NCBI GenBank assembly: GCA_963761335.1
Contig: CAVXGR010000011.1
Span: 224,001-288,000 of the forward strand
Direction of reading: 5' to 3'
Source of the DNA: an uncultured delta proteobacterium
GTDB lineage: Bacteria; Desulfobacterota; Binatia; HRBIN30; BPIQ01
Length of the DNA: 64,000 nucleotides
Shown in pieces: positions 18,991 through 29,577 of this stretch. A program made the translations under genes and the position numbers. The first letter of the stretch is position 1, and every line of letters begins with the position of its first letter. Below the pieces are notes generated by a model. It did not search any database. It was not told the DNA's origin and saw only the letters and a list, made by a program, of their open reading frames with translations.

Positions 18991-19133
18991 TCCCTCTCCC
19001 GCATTACTTGGCGGGAGAGGGTCAGGGTGAGGGTGCCGATCTCTGTGAAGGCCGTGGACATTCACGAGCCTTCAGTGAGACAGGAACCCCTCACCTTGAT
19101 CCTCTCCCCGCGGAAAGATGCGGGGAGAGGAGA
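18991..19133. repeat. CCCTCTCCC/GGGAGAGGG palindromic REP-like doublet (family C)
   Basis: TCCCTCTCCCGCATT..GCGGGAGAGGG..AGGGTGAGGG ... CCCTCACCTTG.TCCTCTCCC..GGGAGAGGAGA; second copy at 63183-63318. Confidence 0.8.
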
Positions 19134-19194
19134 CCCGCCCCCGCGGCGCGGAAGTATCATCGCAAGCGTCTAATCAGTGAATCAGGACGCCGTC

Positions 19195-19708
19195 CATTTT
19201 CATCGTCTGCTGGTGAGCCGAAAGGGCTCATGATGCACTGCTTCGAAAATCTATTGGGTGAAGGTCTGGCGGAGCGCACCGGCGCTTGGCGTGGAGGCTA
19301 TCACCCCGAAGGGTCTGGCGCAGCCCCGGCGCTTGGCGTCGAGGCGTATCGCCCCGGAGGGGCGGTGGCATGTAGCCCCGGGTGCCAACCCGGGGACCGC
19401 GTTCCGATTGGCCCAGATCAGCGCCCCGCAGGGGCGCAGGCGTAGAGGCCGCGTGAATCACCTCGATGAGCTTCCCACGCACCCAGCGGTGATTATCGGC
19501 GTACAGGCGTGACATCGACGAAAACTTGCCCGCGCCCCTGGCGGGGCGCGCCTGACGGAGCGCGCATTCTTCCCCGGGTTTCACCCGGGGCTACACGCCA
19601 CCGCCCCTCCGGGGCGAACTTCGCCCGGGCGAGAACCTCCAAGTCTCTTGCCGGCGCAGATCCCCAGCCTCATTTTCATCGTCTGTTGGTGAGCCGTGAG
19701 GCTCATGA
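19195..19708. repeat. Nested repeat block: ~38-bp direct repeats (19195-19233, 19671-19708) enclosing a full family-B palindrome (19350-19616)
   Basis: CATTTTCATCGTCTG.TGGTGAGCCG...GGCTCATGA occurs twice; inner inverted GTAGCCCCGGG..CCCGGGG units. Confidence 0.8.
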
Positions 19709-19735
19709 CGCATTGTCCCCGACCGCGTCCCCGCG

Positions 19736-20200
19736 TCAGTCGTCCATGATCTTCACCTCGCAGGCGCCGAGCGCCGGCGTGCGCAGTCCCGGGGCGCGGG
19801 AGAGGAAGCGGCTCAGCCAGGAGCGCTTCTCGGCGACCAGCACGACCGACTCGACCTGGTGAACACGGACGATGCGGCCGCAGACCTCGCTCGGGTCGCC
19901 CTCCTCGATCAGCGGCGTATAGGAGATCCCGGCCTGCGCCGCCTGCCCGCCGATCCTCTCCAGCAACATCTCCGCCTGCGCCCGCTGCTCGCGCTGCAGC
20001 GTCTCGATGACGCTGTCGCTGACCTTCTCTCCGAGGAAGCCGGTGGTGGTGAGCGTCGCCGCCACCTGCTTCGCCTGTTCGGGATCGAGAATCGCCAGGC
20101 CGATCAGGCCGCCGCCCATCTCCCGGGCTCGCCCGAGCGCGTAGCCGACGGCGTTGGGGGCGTCGGTCATCGGCGAGGTCACCAGCAGCACGTTCTTCAT
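19736..20200 (-). CDS. Universal stress protein (USP)-like
   Basis: MKNVLLVT...AVGYAL, IEEGDPSEV and VVLVA..RSWLSRFL; ATG overlaps the transporter's TGA. Confidence 0.75.
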   Translation of the reverse strand: MKNVLLVTSPMTDAPNAVGYALGRAREMGGGLIGLAILDPEQAKQVAATLTTTGFLGEKVSDSVIETLQREQRAQAEMLLERIGGQAAQAGISYTPLIEEGDPSEVCGRIVRVHQVESVVLVAEKRSWLSRFLSRAPGLRTPALGACEVKIMDD

Positions 20201-21645
20201 CTCAATCCTCCCACGGAGAGACCGAGCAGGGGCCAGTACCAGCTGGCCATGAGGTTGAACACCAGCCAGGAGATCACCGCGAGCATGGCGCCGGGAACCA
20301 CCATGTCGCGCATCGACAGGTGCCCCGACGAGTAGGCGATGGCGTTGGCGGGCGTGCCGATGGGCAAGGTGTACGCCAGGCCGGCGGGCACGGCGACCAC
20401 CAGTGCCATGATGCGCGGGTCCATGCTGAACTCGCGGGCGATTCCGAGACTCACCGGCATCAGCAGAGCCACCACTGCGGAGTTGCTCATCGCCTCGGTC
20501 AGCAGGATGGCCAGAAAGGACAGCAGCAGCACCACGGAGACGCCGCCGGTGGCCCAGCGGCTGATGGTGACGTGGGCGATCCAGGCGGCGGCGCCCGATT
20601 TGTTCATGGCTGCGCCGAGGCAGATGGCGCCGCCGTACATCAGGATGACGCCCCAGTTGACGTACCCTTCGATCTCCCGCCAGCTCACCAGGCGAAAGAC
20701 GAAGAGCACGATCACCGAGGCGATGGCGACGTTCGCCAGACCAAACTCCTCGCCGAGGAACACCCAGGCGAGGAAGGTGAGCACGATGACCAGACCGATC
20801 GCCACCTCGTCGGAGTGCAGACGCCCGAGCTCGAGGTGCTTGGCGCGCAACACCTCGTCGGCGGCGCGCACGTCGCCGACGTCGATCGGAAAGAAGAAGA
20901 CGATGACGCGATAGCAGACGAAGAGCATGACGGCGACCAGCGGCAGGATGGCCACCGACCACTGCACGAAGCTGAACGACTGGCCGGTCGACTCGCGCAG
21001 GATACCCAGCGCCAGCGGCGCCCGGCCGCCCCCGAGCAGGGTGGCGACGCCGCCGATGGTCGAGCCCCAGGCCATCGCCAGGAAGAGCGCCTTGCCGTAG
21101 CGCGTGCGCCCACGCGCCAGACCGAGCACCGAGACGATCTCGAGGATGATGGGGAAGTTCATCGCCGCCACGGCGTGCTCGGACATGGCGAAAGACATGG
21201 CGGCGTTGAGCAGCAGGATGCTCAACAGCAGGGCGCGGGGCGTGTGCCCGAACTTCCAGAGGATGGCGAGAGCGATGCGTGTGCTCAACCCCGACTTCAT
21301 CAGGCACGCCGCCAGGATGAAGGCACCGAGAATGAAGAAGACCGCTTCGTTGCCGAACAGCGCGTACGCCTGCGGCGCCGTCATCACTCCGGAGAGCGGA
21401 ATCAGGATGATCGCCAGCAGACTGGTGATCATCAGCGGCAGGACGTCGAAGACCCAATAGAAGACACACAGGCCGAAAACCCCGAGCGCCTTCTGGCCGG
21501 CCTCCGAGAGCCCAGCGGGCGGCGCCATCGTCTGCACCCACCAGAAGATGAGGACGCCCGTCAGCAGCAGACCCGCCTGCCGGCTGCGCGCCAGCAGGAT
21601 GATCCACAGGGGTCGGGTATCGACGACAAATTCGGATTTCGCCAT
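20197..21645 (-). CDS. SLC13/DASS family divalent anion (possibly sulfate):Na+ symporter
   Basis: Multi-TM; GLSTRIAL, IGGVATLLG, LTEAMSNSA and LPIGTPANAIAYSSG motifs. Confidence 0.9.
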   Translation of the reverse strand: MAKSEFVVDTRPLWIILLARSRQAGLLLTGVLIFWWVQTMAPPAGLSEAGQKALGVFGLCVFYWVFDVLPLMITSLLAIILIPLSGVMTAPQAYALFGNEAVFFILGAFILAACLMKSGLSTRIALAILWKFGHTPRALLLSILLLNAAMSFAMSEHAVAAMNFPIILEIVSVLGLARGRTRYGKALFLAMAWGSTIGGVATLLGGGRAPLALGILRESTGQSFSFVQWSVAILPLVAVMLFVCYRVIVFFFPIDVGDVRAADEVLRAKHLELGRLHSDEVAIGLVIVLTFLAWVFLGEEFGLANVAIASVIVLFVFRLVSWREIEGYVNWGVILMYGGAICLGAAMNKSGAAAWIAHVTISRWATGGVSVVLLLSFLAILLTEAMSNSAVVALLMPVSLGIAREFSMDPRIMALVVAVPAGLAYTLPIGTPANAIAYSSGHLSMRDMVVPGAMLAVISWLVFNLMASWYWPLLGLSVGGLR

Positions 21646-21721
21646 GGCCGCGGACAGAGCCTCGCAGGACAGGGATCAGGCGCGGCGGCCGCCGGCCGCA
21701 GGAGGGAGATCCGTCATCGCC

Positions 21722-22942
21722 TCACAGGTGGGACGAATCGAAGGAGTCGCTGACGCGGCGCACCCGCAGGCGCCGCCGCAGGCGCGCCAGGTTGCGAGTC
21801 GTCATCGTCCCCAGGCGGGAGCGGTAGAACTGCTGCATGACCACCGCCATGCGCGCCTCGTCGCCGGCGAAGAAGCGCGCCTCGAGCGGCGTTACCGCGA
21901 AGCTCAGATCGCGCACCCAGCCCATGTTGATGCGCGCGTTGCGGGTCGAGTGAAAGAGGTGGGCGAAGATCGGCGCCACCGCCTCCGGCGTGGAGAGAGG
22001 ATGGTCGCGCAGCTCCTCCTCCGACGATGGTCGCCACACCGACAGCACCGGCAGCACGTTCATGGCCGCCAGCGTGTCGATGCCGCGCATCGTCGACTCC
22101 GGCGACTCCAGGCCGACGACCAGGTCGCTCCAAACCGTGCCGCTCGGGAAGATGGTGGCGGCGTAGCGCAGCGCCTCGTAGTAGCGGGCCCGTCCGATGT
22201 GGCGCACCCGTCCGGGGCAGCGCCTCTCCAGCGCCTCGGGGTCGTGGATCTCGAGGTTGTAGCTGAGAGCGTCGACCCCCATGGCATAGGTGCGGTCGAT
22301 CCAGCGGTTGGCGCGCGGCGGGTGCATCTGCACGGCGATCAGGGTGTCGAAGTGTCGCTTCACGGCGCGGATGGACGCCTCCAGAGAATCGATACCGCCG
22401 TCCTCGCTGTCGACGTAGCCGGTGTTGAAGTAGACGAACTCGGCGGCGCCCTCGGCGAAGGCGGCGCGCACCACCTCGACGACGTCCGCGATCTCGAGGG
22501 CCGGAGCCGGCGCCGGCACCACACCGGTCTCGCAGAACCGGCAGGGCACGCCGCCGAGAGCGAAGCCGCACTCGGCGCCGGCATGGATGGCGACGAAGCT
22601 GCCATGCACGGTCGCCAGCTGCGACATCGGCGTGCCGCGGCTGGTCTTCAGCGCATAGAAGCTCGGCTGCGGGCTGACGCGGACCTCGATGCGCTGCTGC
22701 TCGCGCACCAGCGCAAAGACGTCGCCGTCGGCGACCAGGGTGAATGGCGAGCGCGCCGCAAACTCCTCCTCGATCGGCGCGGTCACCCACAGGTCCTCGG
22801 GAAGGAGCAGGTCCACCGAGTGTGGCGCCGGCTGGTTCCCTCCACGGGTGCCGAACAGCTCCTCGTCGGCGCGCGCACTCGCATCGAGGCGCACGCCGCG
22901 CACCGCCAGCTCCAGCTTGAGGAATCCCGGGTTCGGATCCAT
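21722..22942 (-). CDS. Radical SAM protein with atypical CX8CX2C motif
   Basis: CGFALGGVPCRFC, then TIM-barrel-like segments (FNTG, SYNLE, SDLVVGLES). Confidence 0.8.
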   Translation of the reverse strand: MDPNPGFLKLELAVRGVRLDASARADEELFGTRGGNQPAPHSVDLLLPEDLWVTAPIEEEFAARSPFTLVADGDVFALVREQQRIEVRVSPQPSFYALKTSRGTPMSQLATVHGSFVAIHAGAECGFALGGVPCRFCETGVVPAPAPALEIADVVEVVRAAFAEGAAEFVYFNTGYVDSEDGGIDSLEASIRAVKRHFDTLIAVQMHPPRANRWIDRTYAMGVDALSYNLEIHDPEALERRCPGRVRHIGRARYYEALRYAATIFPSGTVWSDLVVGLESPESTMRGIDTLAAMNVLPVLSVWRPSSEEELRDHPLSTPEAVAPIFAHLFHSTRNARINMGWVRDLSFAVTPLEARFFAGDEARMAVVMQQFYRSRLGTMTTRNLARLRRRLRVRRVSDSFDSSHL

Positions 22943-22946
22943 TTCT

Positions 22947-23714
22947 CTAGACCGCCGCCCGCCGCTGGAGCGGCGCCCCGCCGCAGGTGGCGCAGTCGTT
23001 CGCCTTGCCGATCTCCAGATCGCGAAAACCGGCCGCGGCGAGATCGCAGATCAACCAGCGCCCGGCCAGCGACCGGCCGCTCCCGAGAATCAGCTTGAGA
23101 ACCTCGGTGGCGAGCAGCGTGCCGACCAGCCCGGCGGCGGCGCCGGAGAGGCCCTCGGCACGGCTCGCGGCGAGCGGCTCGTGGCCGGCACATTCGGCGC
23201 AGGGCAGGTCGGGGCGGAAGCCGAGGAAGGTGCTCAGCCATCCTCCCGCACCTGCGGCACCGCCGCACAGCAGCGGCTTTTCCTCTGCCACGCAGGCGCG
23301 GTTGAGGGCGACGCGGAGGTCGTGCCCCGGCGCCGTGTCGACGACCACATCGAACTCGGCGACCGTCGCTGCCGCCTCCGCCGGCGCCAGCCGGCGCGCC
23401 TCGCAGCGAGCCCGGCAATCGGGATTCAGCCGTGCCAGCGAGTCGCTCGCCGCCTCGACCTTGCGATCGCCGAGATCGCCGGCGGTGCAGAGCACCTGGC
23501 GGCGCAGCGCGGTCAGACTGAGCACGTCGCCGTCCACCAGCCCCAGGCAGCCGACGCCGGCGGCGGCGAGATAGAGGGCCGCGGCGCTGCCGACGGCGCC
23601 GGCGCCGACGATCAGCACGCGCGCCTCGAGGAGCCGTTGCTGGCCGACGCCGCCGACCTCCGGCAAAATGATCTGCCGGCTGTAGCGCTCGATCTGCTCG
23701 TCGCTCAGCGACAT
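22947..23714 (-). CDS. HesA/MoeB/ThiF family E1-like protein B (degenerate active site, intact RYSRQ)
   Basis: MSLSDEQIERYSRQIILPEVG, GAGAVG, LTALRRQ, VVDTAPG, CAEC and CATC; no crossover-loop Cys. Confidence 0.88.
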   Translation of the reverse strand: MSLSDEQIERYSRQIILPEVGGVGQQRLLEARVLIVGAGAVGSAAALYLAAAGVGCLGLVDGDVLSLTALRRQVLCTAGDLGDRKVEAASDSLARLNPDCRARCEARRLAPAEAAATVAEFDVVVDTAPGHDLRVALNRACVAEEKPLLCGGAAGAGGWLSTFLGFRPDLPCAECAGHEPLAASRAEGLSGAAAGLVGTLLATEVLKLILGSGRSLAGRWLICDLAAAGFRDLEIGKANDCATCGGAPLQRRAAV

Positions 23715-23731
23715 CGACTGCGGCTCCGCGC

Positions 23732-23998
23732 CTACTCGATCACGTTCTTCTCGATCGGCTCGACCTGGACCCCCGCCTCGCGCAGCCACGCCACGGCGCC
23801 GTCGATGGCATCCTGCGTGCCGTCCAGCTCCAGGGCGACGAGGCCCATGGTGTCCGAGACGTTGGCGCCGCGAATGTTGGTGACCACGTCGAAGCGCCGG
23901 CCGATCTCGTAGATCAGCGGCTCCTTGATCAGCTCGGTCGGATAGGTGAGGTACACCTTCTCACGAACCCGCGGCCCGCCACGGCGGGCACGCGTCAC
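23732..23998 (-). CDS. Stand-alone NIL domain protein
   Basis: LTYP...EPLIYEIGRRFDVVTNIRGANV...LELDG...WLREAGVQVEP; GTG overlaps the cysM stop. Confidence 0.8.
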   Translation of the reverse strand: MTRARRGGPRVREKVYLTYPTELIKEPLIYEIGRRFDVVTNIRGANVSDTMGLVALELDGTQDAIDGAVAWLREAGVQVEPIEKNVIE

Positions 23999-24990
23999 CG
24001 AGCCTCTCCTCGATTGCTGTTTGCCCATTCTCGCCATCCCAGCCACAGGTTGGTGCTCAGGTAGCGGTCGCCGAAATCGGGGAAGACGACCACCATCACG
24101 CCTTCGCTCAGCTCGCGCGCCACCTCGAGCGCCGCCCACATCGCCGCGCCGGAAGACTGACCAGTCACCAGCCCCTCGGTGGCACCGATGCGATAGACGG
24201 TCTCGTACGCCTTCTCGGTCGGCACACCGACCTTCCGGTCGAGCTCATCCTCGTGGTAGATCCCCGGCACGATCGACGAGGCCATGTGCTTCAGTCCCTC
24301 GAGGCCGTGAAAGGCGTCGTCCGGCTCGGCGGCGATCACCTGCAGGTCGGGGTTTCTCTCTTTCAGGTATCGGCCCGTGCCCATGATCGTGCCCCCGGTG
24401 CCGATGCCGGCGACGAAGTGCGTCACCCGCCCGCCGCTCTGCTCCCAGATCTCCGGTCCCGTCGACTCGTAGTGCGCCTGCGGATTGTGCGGGTTGAAGT
24501 ACTGGTCCGGCTTGAAGTACTTCTCCGGGTCGCGGCGCAGGATCTCGCGGCAGAGGCGGATGGCGCCGTCGGAGCCCTCGAGCGGATCGCTGTAGATGGC
24601 GCGCGCGCCGTAGGCGCTGACGACGCGCTTGCGCTCGCGGCTGACGTTCTCCGGCATCACCAGCTCCACCGGATAGCCGAGAACGGCGCCGACCATGGCC
24701 AGGGCGATGCCGGTGTTCCCGGAGGTGGAGTCGATGATGGTCTTTCCCGGCACCAGCCGGCCGCTGCGCACTCCCTCGCGCACCATCCACAGCGCCGGAC
24801 GATCCTTCACCGAGCCGCCGGGATTGAAGCCCTCGAGCTTGGCGTAGAGCCGCACCCGCGGCGCCAGCCCGCGGCCGATGCGCTCCAGCGCGATGAGCGG
24901 CGTGTTGCCCACCAGCTCGAGCACGTCGCGCACCCGCCCCTGTTCCAGGCTGGCCGGGGGAACCGACGCGGCGGTCGACACGGAGCTCAC
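23995..24990 (-). CDS. cysM: PLP-dependent cysteine synthase family protein (CysM-like)
   Basis: VGNTPL, AKLEGFNPGGSVKDR, STSGNTG, GIGTGGT, HGLEGLKHM and D.GDRYLST motifs. Confidence 0.88.
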   Translation of the reverse strand: MSSVSTAASVPPASLEQGRVRDVLELVGNTPLIALERIGRGLAPRVRLYAKLEGFNPGGSVKDRPALWMVREGVRSGRLVPGKTIIDSTSGNTGIALAMVGAVLGYPVELVMPENVSRERKRVVSAYGARAIYSDPLEGSDGAIRLCREILRRDPEKYFKPDQYFNPHNPQAHYESTGPEIWEQSGGRVTHFVAGIGTGGTIMGTGRYLKERNPDLQVIAAEPDDAFHGLEGLKHMASSIVPGIYHEDELDRKVGVPTEKAYETVYRIGATEGLVTGQSSGAAMWAALEVARELSEGVMVVVFPDFGDRYLSTNLWLGWREWANSNRGEAR

Positions 24991-25000
24991 GCGCGCCCGC

Positions 25001-25276
25001 TCACCCGCCCGCAATCGCCGGCACGATCGACAGCTCGTCTCCGTCCTTCACCGGCGTCTTCAGGTCTTCCAGGAAGCGAATGTCGTCGCCGTTGACGTAG
25101 ATGTTCACGAAGCGGCGTACCCGGCCCTCTTCGTCGCAGAGCCGCTCGCGGATCCCCGGGAACTGGCGCTCCATGTCCTCCACCACGGCACCGACGGTGG
25201 CTCCGGCGGTGCTCACTTCCTCCGAGCCGCTGGTGAAACGGCGCAGCGGCGTCGGGATGCGAACTCGAATGCTCAT
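25001..25276 (-). CDS. Ubiquitin-like sulfur carrier (MoaD/ThiS/CysO family), mature C-terminal GG
   Basis: [11 protein letters not shown]...[16 protein letters not shown]...[13 protein letters not shown]. Confidence 0.93.
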   Translation of the reverse strand: MSIRVRIPTPLRRFTSGSEEVSTAGATVGAVVEDMERQFPGIRERLCDEEGRVRRFVNIYVNGDDIRFLEDLKTPVKDGDELSIVPAIAGG

Positions 25277-25346
25277 GCGTCCTCCTCGCGATCGAATGAT
25301 ACGGCGGCCCCGCCCGGGCCTCTCGGGGCGGTGACGAGTGGCGGCC

Positions 25347-26612
<1,266 letters not shown>

Positions 26613-26634
26613 GATACACTCCTCGTTCCTGGCC

Positions 26635-27414
26635 TCACGCGGCCTCTCCGGCCGCGATCCGCGCCGTGGTCGCATGCTGGGTCCCGCAGATGGGGCATGC
26701 GGGGTTGCGCGGCACTGGAATGCTTCTCCAGCGCAGCGCCAGCGCGTCATAAGTGAGCAGGCGGTCGGTGAGCAGGCCGCCGATTCCGAGCAGGGTCTTG
26801 ATCGCCTCCGACGCCTGGACGATGCCGATGGCGCCGGTGACGGCGCCGATGATGCCGGAGGTCTGGCAGCTGGGCAGGTCGGCGTCGTCGGGCATCACGG
26901 GAAACAGGCACCGGTAGCAGGCGCTGTGTCCGGGCAGAACGGTCATCGTCTGCCCCACCCAGCCGATGGCGCCGGCGTGCGAGTACGGCGTCCCGGTGCG
27001 CACGGCGCCGTCGTTGATGAGAAACTTGGTCTCGGCGCCGTCGGTGGCGTCGACGACGAAATCGAAGTCGGCGAACACCTCGGCAAGGCACTCGCCGGTG
27101 AGACGGCGCTGCAGGTCGACGACCGCGACCGCCGGGTTGCGAGCGCGAATGGCGGCCGCCGCCGACTCGACCTTGGGTCGGCCGAGAGCCAGCGTCGAGT
27201 GGATCACCTGCCGCTGCAAGTTGGAGAGCTCGACCGCATCGCCGTCCATCAGGCCGATGGTCCCGACTCCTGCCGCCGCCAGGTACAACGCCGCCGGCGC
27301 CCCCAGGCCGCCGACGCCGACGACGAGAACGCGCCCGCGCCGCAGGCGCTCGGCGTCCTGATCGCCGGCGCGGGTGGCCTCAGGGGCGGTATCTGTCGAG
27401 TCGGGCATCGGCAT
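26635..27414 (-). CDS. HesA/MoeB/ThiF family E1-like protein A (intact adenylation motifs, no N-terminal RYSRQ)
   Basis: GVGGLG, DGDAVELSNLQRQ, PKV, VVDATD, CYRC, LPSCQTSG and CPIC; start at 27408, 27414 or 27423. Confidence 0.9.
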   Translation of the reverse strand: MPMPDSTDTAPEATRAGDQDAERLRRGRVLVVGVGGLGAPAALYLAAAGVGTIGLMDGDAVELSNLQRQVIHSTLALGRPKVESAAAAIRARNPAVAVVDLQRRLTGECLAEVFADFDFVVDATDGAETKFLINDGAVRTGTPYSHAGAIGWVGQTMTVLPGHSACYRCLFPVMPDDADLPSCQTSGIIGAVTGAIGIVQASEAIKTLLGIGGLLTDRLLTYDALALRWRSIPVPRNPACPICGTQHATTARIAAGEAA

Positions 27415-27429
27415 CGGAACCATTCGTCG

Positions 27430-27472
27430 AAAAAAAAGCCTCTTCCCGGACAAGAGCAGGAAGAGGCTTTTT
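27430..27472 (-). terminator. Intrinsic terminator of the SAM riboswitch expression platform
   Basis: Minus strand AAAAAGCCTCTTCC-loop-GGAAGAGGCTTTTTTTT. Confidence 0.88.
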
Positions 27473-27481
27473 CAGTCTCGA

Positions 27482-27610
27482 CCTTATCTTTCCGGGACCC
27501 CTTTCGGGGCTGAACCCAGTCGGAATTAGCACCAGCATCTCAAGGTGTTCACCATCGAGACCGGTTGCTGTGGCTTCATCGGGCCTGTCCCTCAGCCACT
27601 CTGGATAAGG
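27482..27610 (-). ncRNA. SAM-I (S-box) riboswitch
   Basis: Minus strand CCTTATCCAGAG..GAGGGACAGGCCCGATGAAGCCACAGCAACC...GGTGCTAATTCC...AAAGATAAGG matches the SAM-I consensus with P1 pairing. Confidence 0.95.
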
Positions 27611-27659
27611 CTTATGTATTTTGTCTATCTGTTTTCTACCCGGTTCTCCCGAAAGCAAA

Positions 27660-27689
27660 ACGCTAATGCAACTCCCCGGGCTCTGTCAA
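27660..27689 (-). promoter_or_regulatory. Putative sigma70 promoter of the SAM-regulated operon
   Basis: TTGACA-18 nt-TAGCGT on the minus strand, upstream of the aptamer. Confidence 0.5.
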
Positions 27690-27699
27690 CACTTCCCTT

Positions 27700-28617
27700 T
27701 CAATAGGCGTTGTCCGTGGGGCTGTTGGTCTTCGGCTCGGCAGGCACCACCGGCACCCGGCGCGGCCGCTGCGCGGTTTCGATGCCGGGGACCTCGACCG
27801 GCTGATTGGCGAGGTTCGACGGGGTGTAGCCGCTCAGGGCAAGCAACGTCGAGCGCGGATCGGCGCTGTTGACGGGCTCCTTCTTTTCCAGATCGGTCAG
27901 CGCCCGCCGCGCCCCCGGAGCGTAGTCGCTTTCCGGGTACTGCTTCACCACCGAGGCAAAGGCCAGCGCCGCCAGCTGCAGATCGTCCTCCCGGCGATAG
28001 AGGTGGGCCAGCCTGAACATCGCCTCGCCGGCCGGGGTCGAATCGGGATAGCGGCCGACCACCTCGAGCAGCCGGCTCTCGGCGGCGGCGGCGTTCCCCT
28101 TGTGGGAATAGAACTGGGCGACGTAGAGCTCGTGGGCGGCGAGGCTGTCGCGGCACTGGGCGAGCTGCTCGCGCGCCAGCTCCGCGTAAGGGCTGGACGG
28201 GTACTGCTGGATCACCGCGTTGAAGTAGCTCTCGGCGCTCGAGGCCGCCGTCTGGTCGCGGTCGATGGTGCCGATCTGCGCCTTGTAGCACATGCCCAGA
28301 TCGTAACCGACCAGCGGCAGATAAGGGCTGGTGGGGTGGCGCCGCTGGAAGTCGGAGAGCGAAACGATCGCCTCGATGTAGTCGCCGGCGAGGTACTGGG
28401 AATGGGCGATACGCAGCTCCGCTTCCTCGGTGTAATCGCTGAACGGGTACTGGTCGAGCAGCTCGCGATAGTTGCTGATGGCGAGCTCGAAGGCGCCGTC
28501 GCGGTAGTTCTCGTCGGCTTGCTGGACGAGCTGCTCGGCGTTCATCGGCTTCTTCGCGGCACAGGCCGCAATTCCCAGCGCCGTGGCCAGCGCCAGCGCC
28601 GCAACTCTCTTTCGCAT
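27700..28617 (-). CDS. bamD: Outer membrane protein assembly factor BamD
   Basis: Lipobox IAAC, TPR repeats, YPFSDY, DRDQT and LAAHELYVAQFY. Confidence 0.92.
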   Translation of the reverse strand: MRKRVAALALATALGIAACAAKKPMNAEQLVQQADENYRDGAFELAISNYRELLDQYPFSDYTEEAELRIAHSQYLAGDYIEAIVSLSDFQRRHPTSPYLPLVGYDLGMCYKAQIGTIDRDQTAASSAESYFNAVIQQYPSSPYAELAREQLAQCRDSLAAHELYVAQFYSHKGNAAAAESRLLEVVGRYPDSTPAGEAMFRLAHLYRREDDLQLAALAFASVVKQYPESDYAPGARRALTDLEKKEPVNSADPRSTLLALSGYTPSNLANQPVEVPGIETAQRPRRVPVVPAEPKTNSPTDNAY

Positions 28618-28734
28618 GGCCGCGGATTATGGCGAATGTCGTTGCTCGTGGCAAAGGCAACTCGAGCGCCCCCCAGCGCTTGACCCCGGGCAGGCGGATC
28701 GATACGCAGCACGCCAGAGGCAATCCGGGGGCCG

Positions 28735-29577
28735 GTGCGCGACGTCATCGACATGTGGCACAACACGCGGATGGTCGTCCTCACGGCGATGACGGCCTCG
28801 CTCTACGCCGCCATTCTCATCCCCTTCAAGGTGTTGCCGATCATTCCCGGGGTCACCGAGTTTCGTCCCGCCAACGCCGTGCCGGTGATCTGCTCGTTCC
28901 TCTTCGGCCCGGCCGCCGCCTGGGGATCGGCGATCGGCAACATCATCGGCGACTTCTTCGGGGGCATCGGCCCCGGCGACCTCTTCGGCTTCGTCGGCAA
29001 CTTCCTCTACGGCTTCATTCCCTACAAGCTCTGGGAGCTGATCTCCTCCGAGGACCCGGTTCCCGCCTGGCACGGGCGCTGGAGCTCGTACCTGCTGGAC
29101 GGCGTGTGGGTGAAGTTCATCGCCGTCGTCTTCGTCGCCGCCGCCGCCTGCGCCCTGGTGGTCGGCTGGGGCCTGAACCTGCTCGGCTTCATTCCCTTCG
29201 CCGTCCTCGGCAACATCGTGCTGATCAACAACCTGGCGGTCGGGTGCACGGTGGCGCCCCTGCTGCTCGCCGTCATCTACCCGCGCGTCAAGCGGGGGCA
29301 CCTGCTCTATCGGGATGTCATGCCGCAGCGGGCGCCGCTGCGGCGCGGCCGCGCCTGGCTGGGCCTGGTGCTCATTCTGGTCGCCACGGTCGGCGGAATG
29401 ATCGCCGGGAACATGTTCTCCACCGGACGCTGGGCGCTGCCGTTCCTCGATCCCCACCTCGCCGCAGCGGTGGTGCCGGGGCGCGAGGGCGACGTCGCCT
29501 TGCAACACATGGCGCAGGTCAGCCTCGGCCTGCTGCCGGCGCTGGCGCTGCTGGCCGTCGCCGTCGTGCTGCTGTGA
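28735..29577 (+). CDS. ECF transporter substrate-specific S component (QueT/MtsT-like, extended)
   Basis: ASLYAA, PGVTEFRPAN, FGPAAAWGSAIGNIIGD; upstream of ECF ATPase and T genes. Confidence 0.75.
   Translation: MRDVIDMWHNTRMVVLTAMTASLYAAILIPFKVLPIIPGVTEFRPANAVPVICSFLFGPAAAWGSAIGNIIGDFFGGIGPGDLFGFVGNFLYGFIPYKLWELISSEDPVPAWHGRWSSYLLDGVWVKFIAVVFVAAAACALVVGWGLNLLGFIPFAVLGNIVLINNLAVGCTVAPLLLAVIYPRVKRGHLLYRDVMPQRAPLRRGRAWLGLVLILVATVGGMIAGNMFSTGRWALPFLDPHLAAAVVPGREGDVALQHMAQVSLGLLPALALLAVAVVLL

Noticed and set aside
17311..19708. Autonomous IS or transposon
   Set aside because: No transposase or integrase ORF; ORFs over the repeats are low-complexity translations of palindromes.
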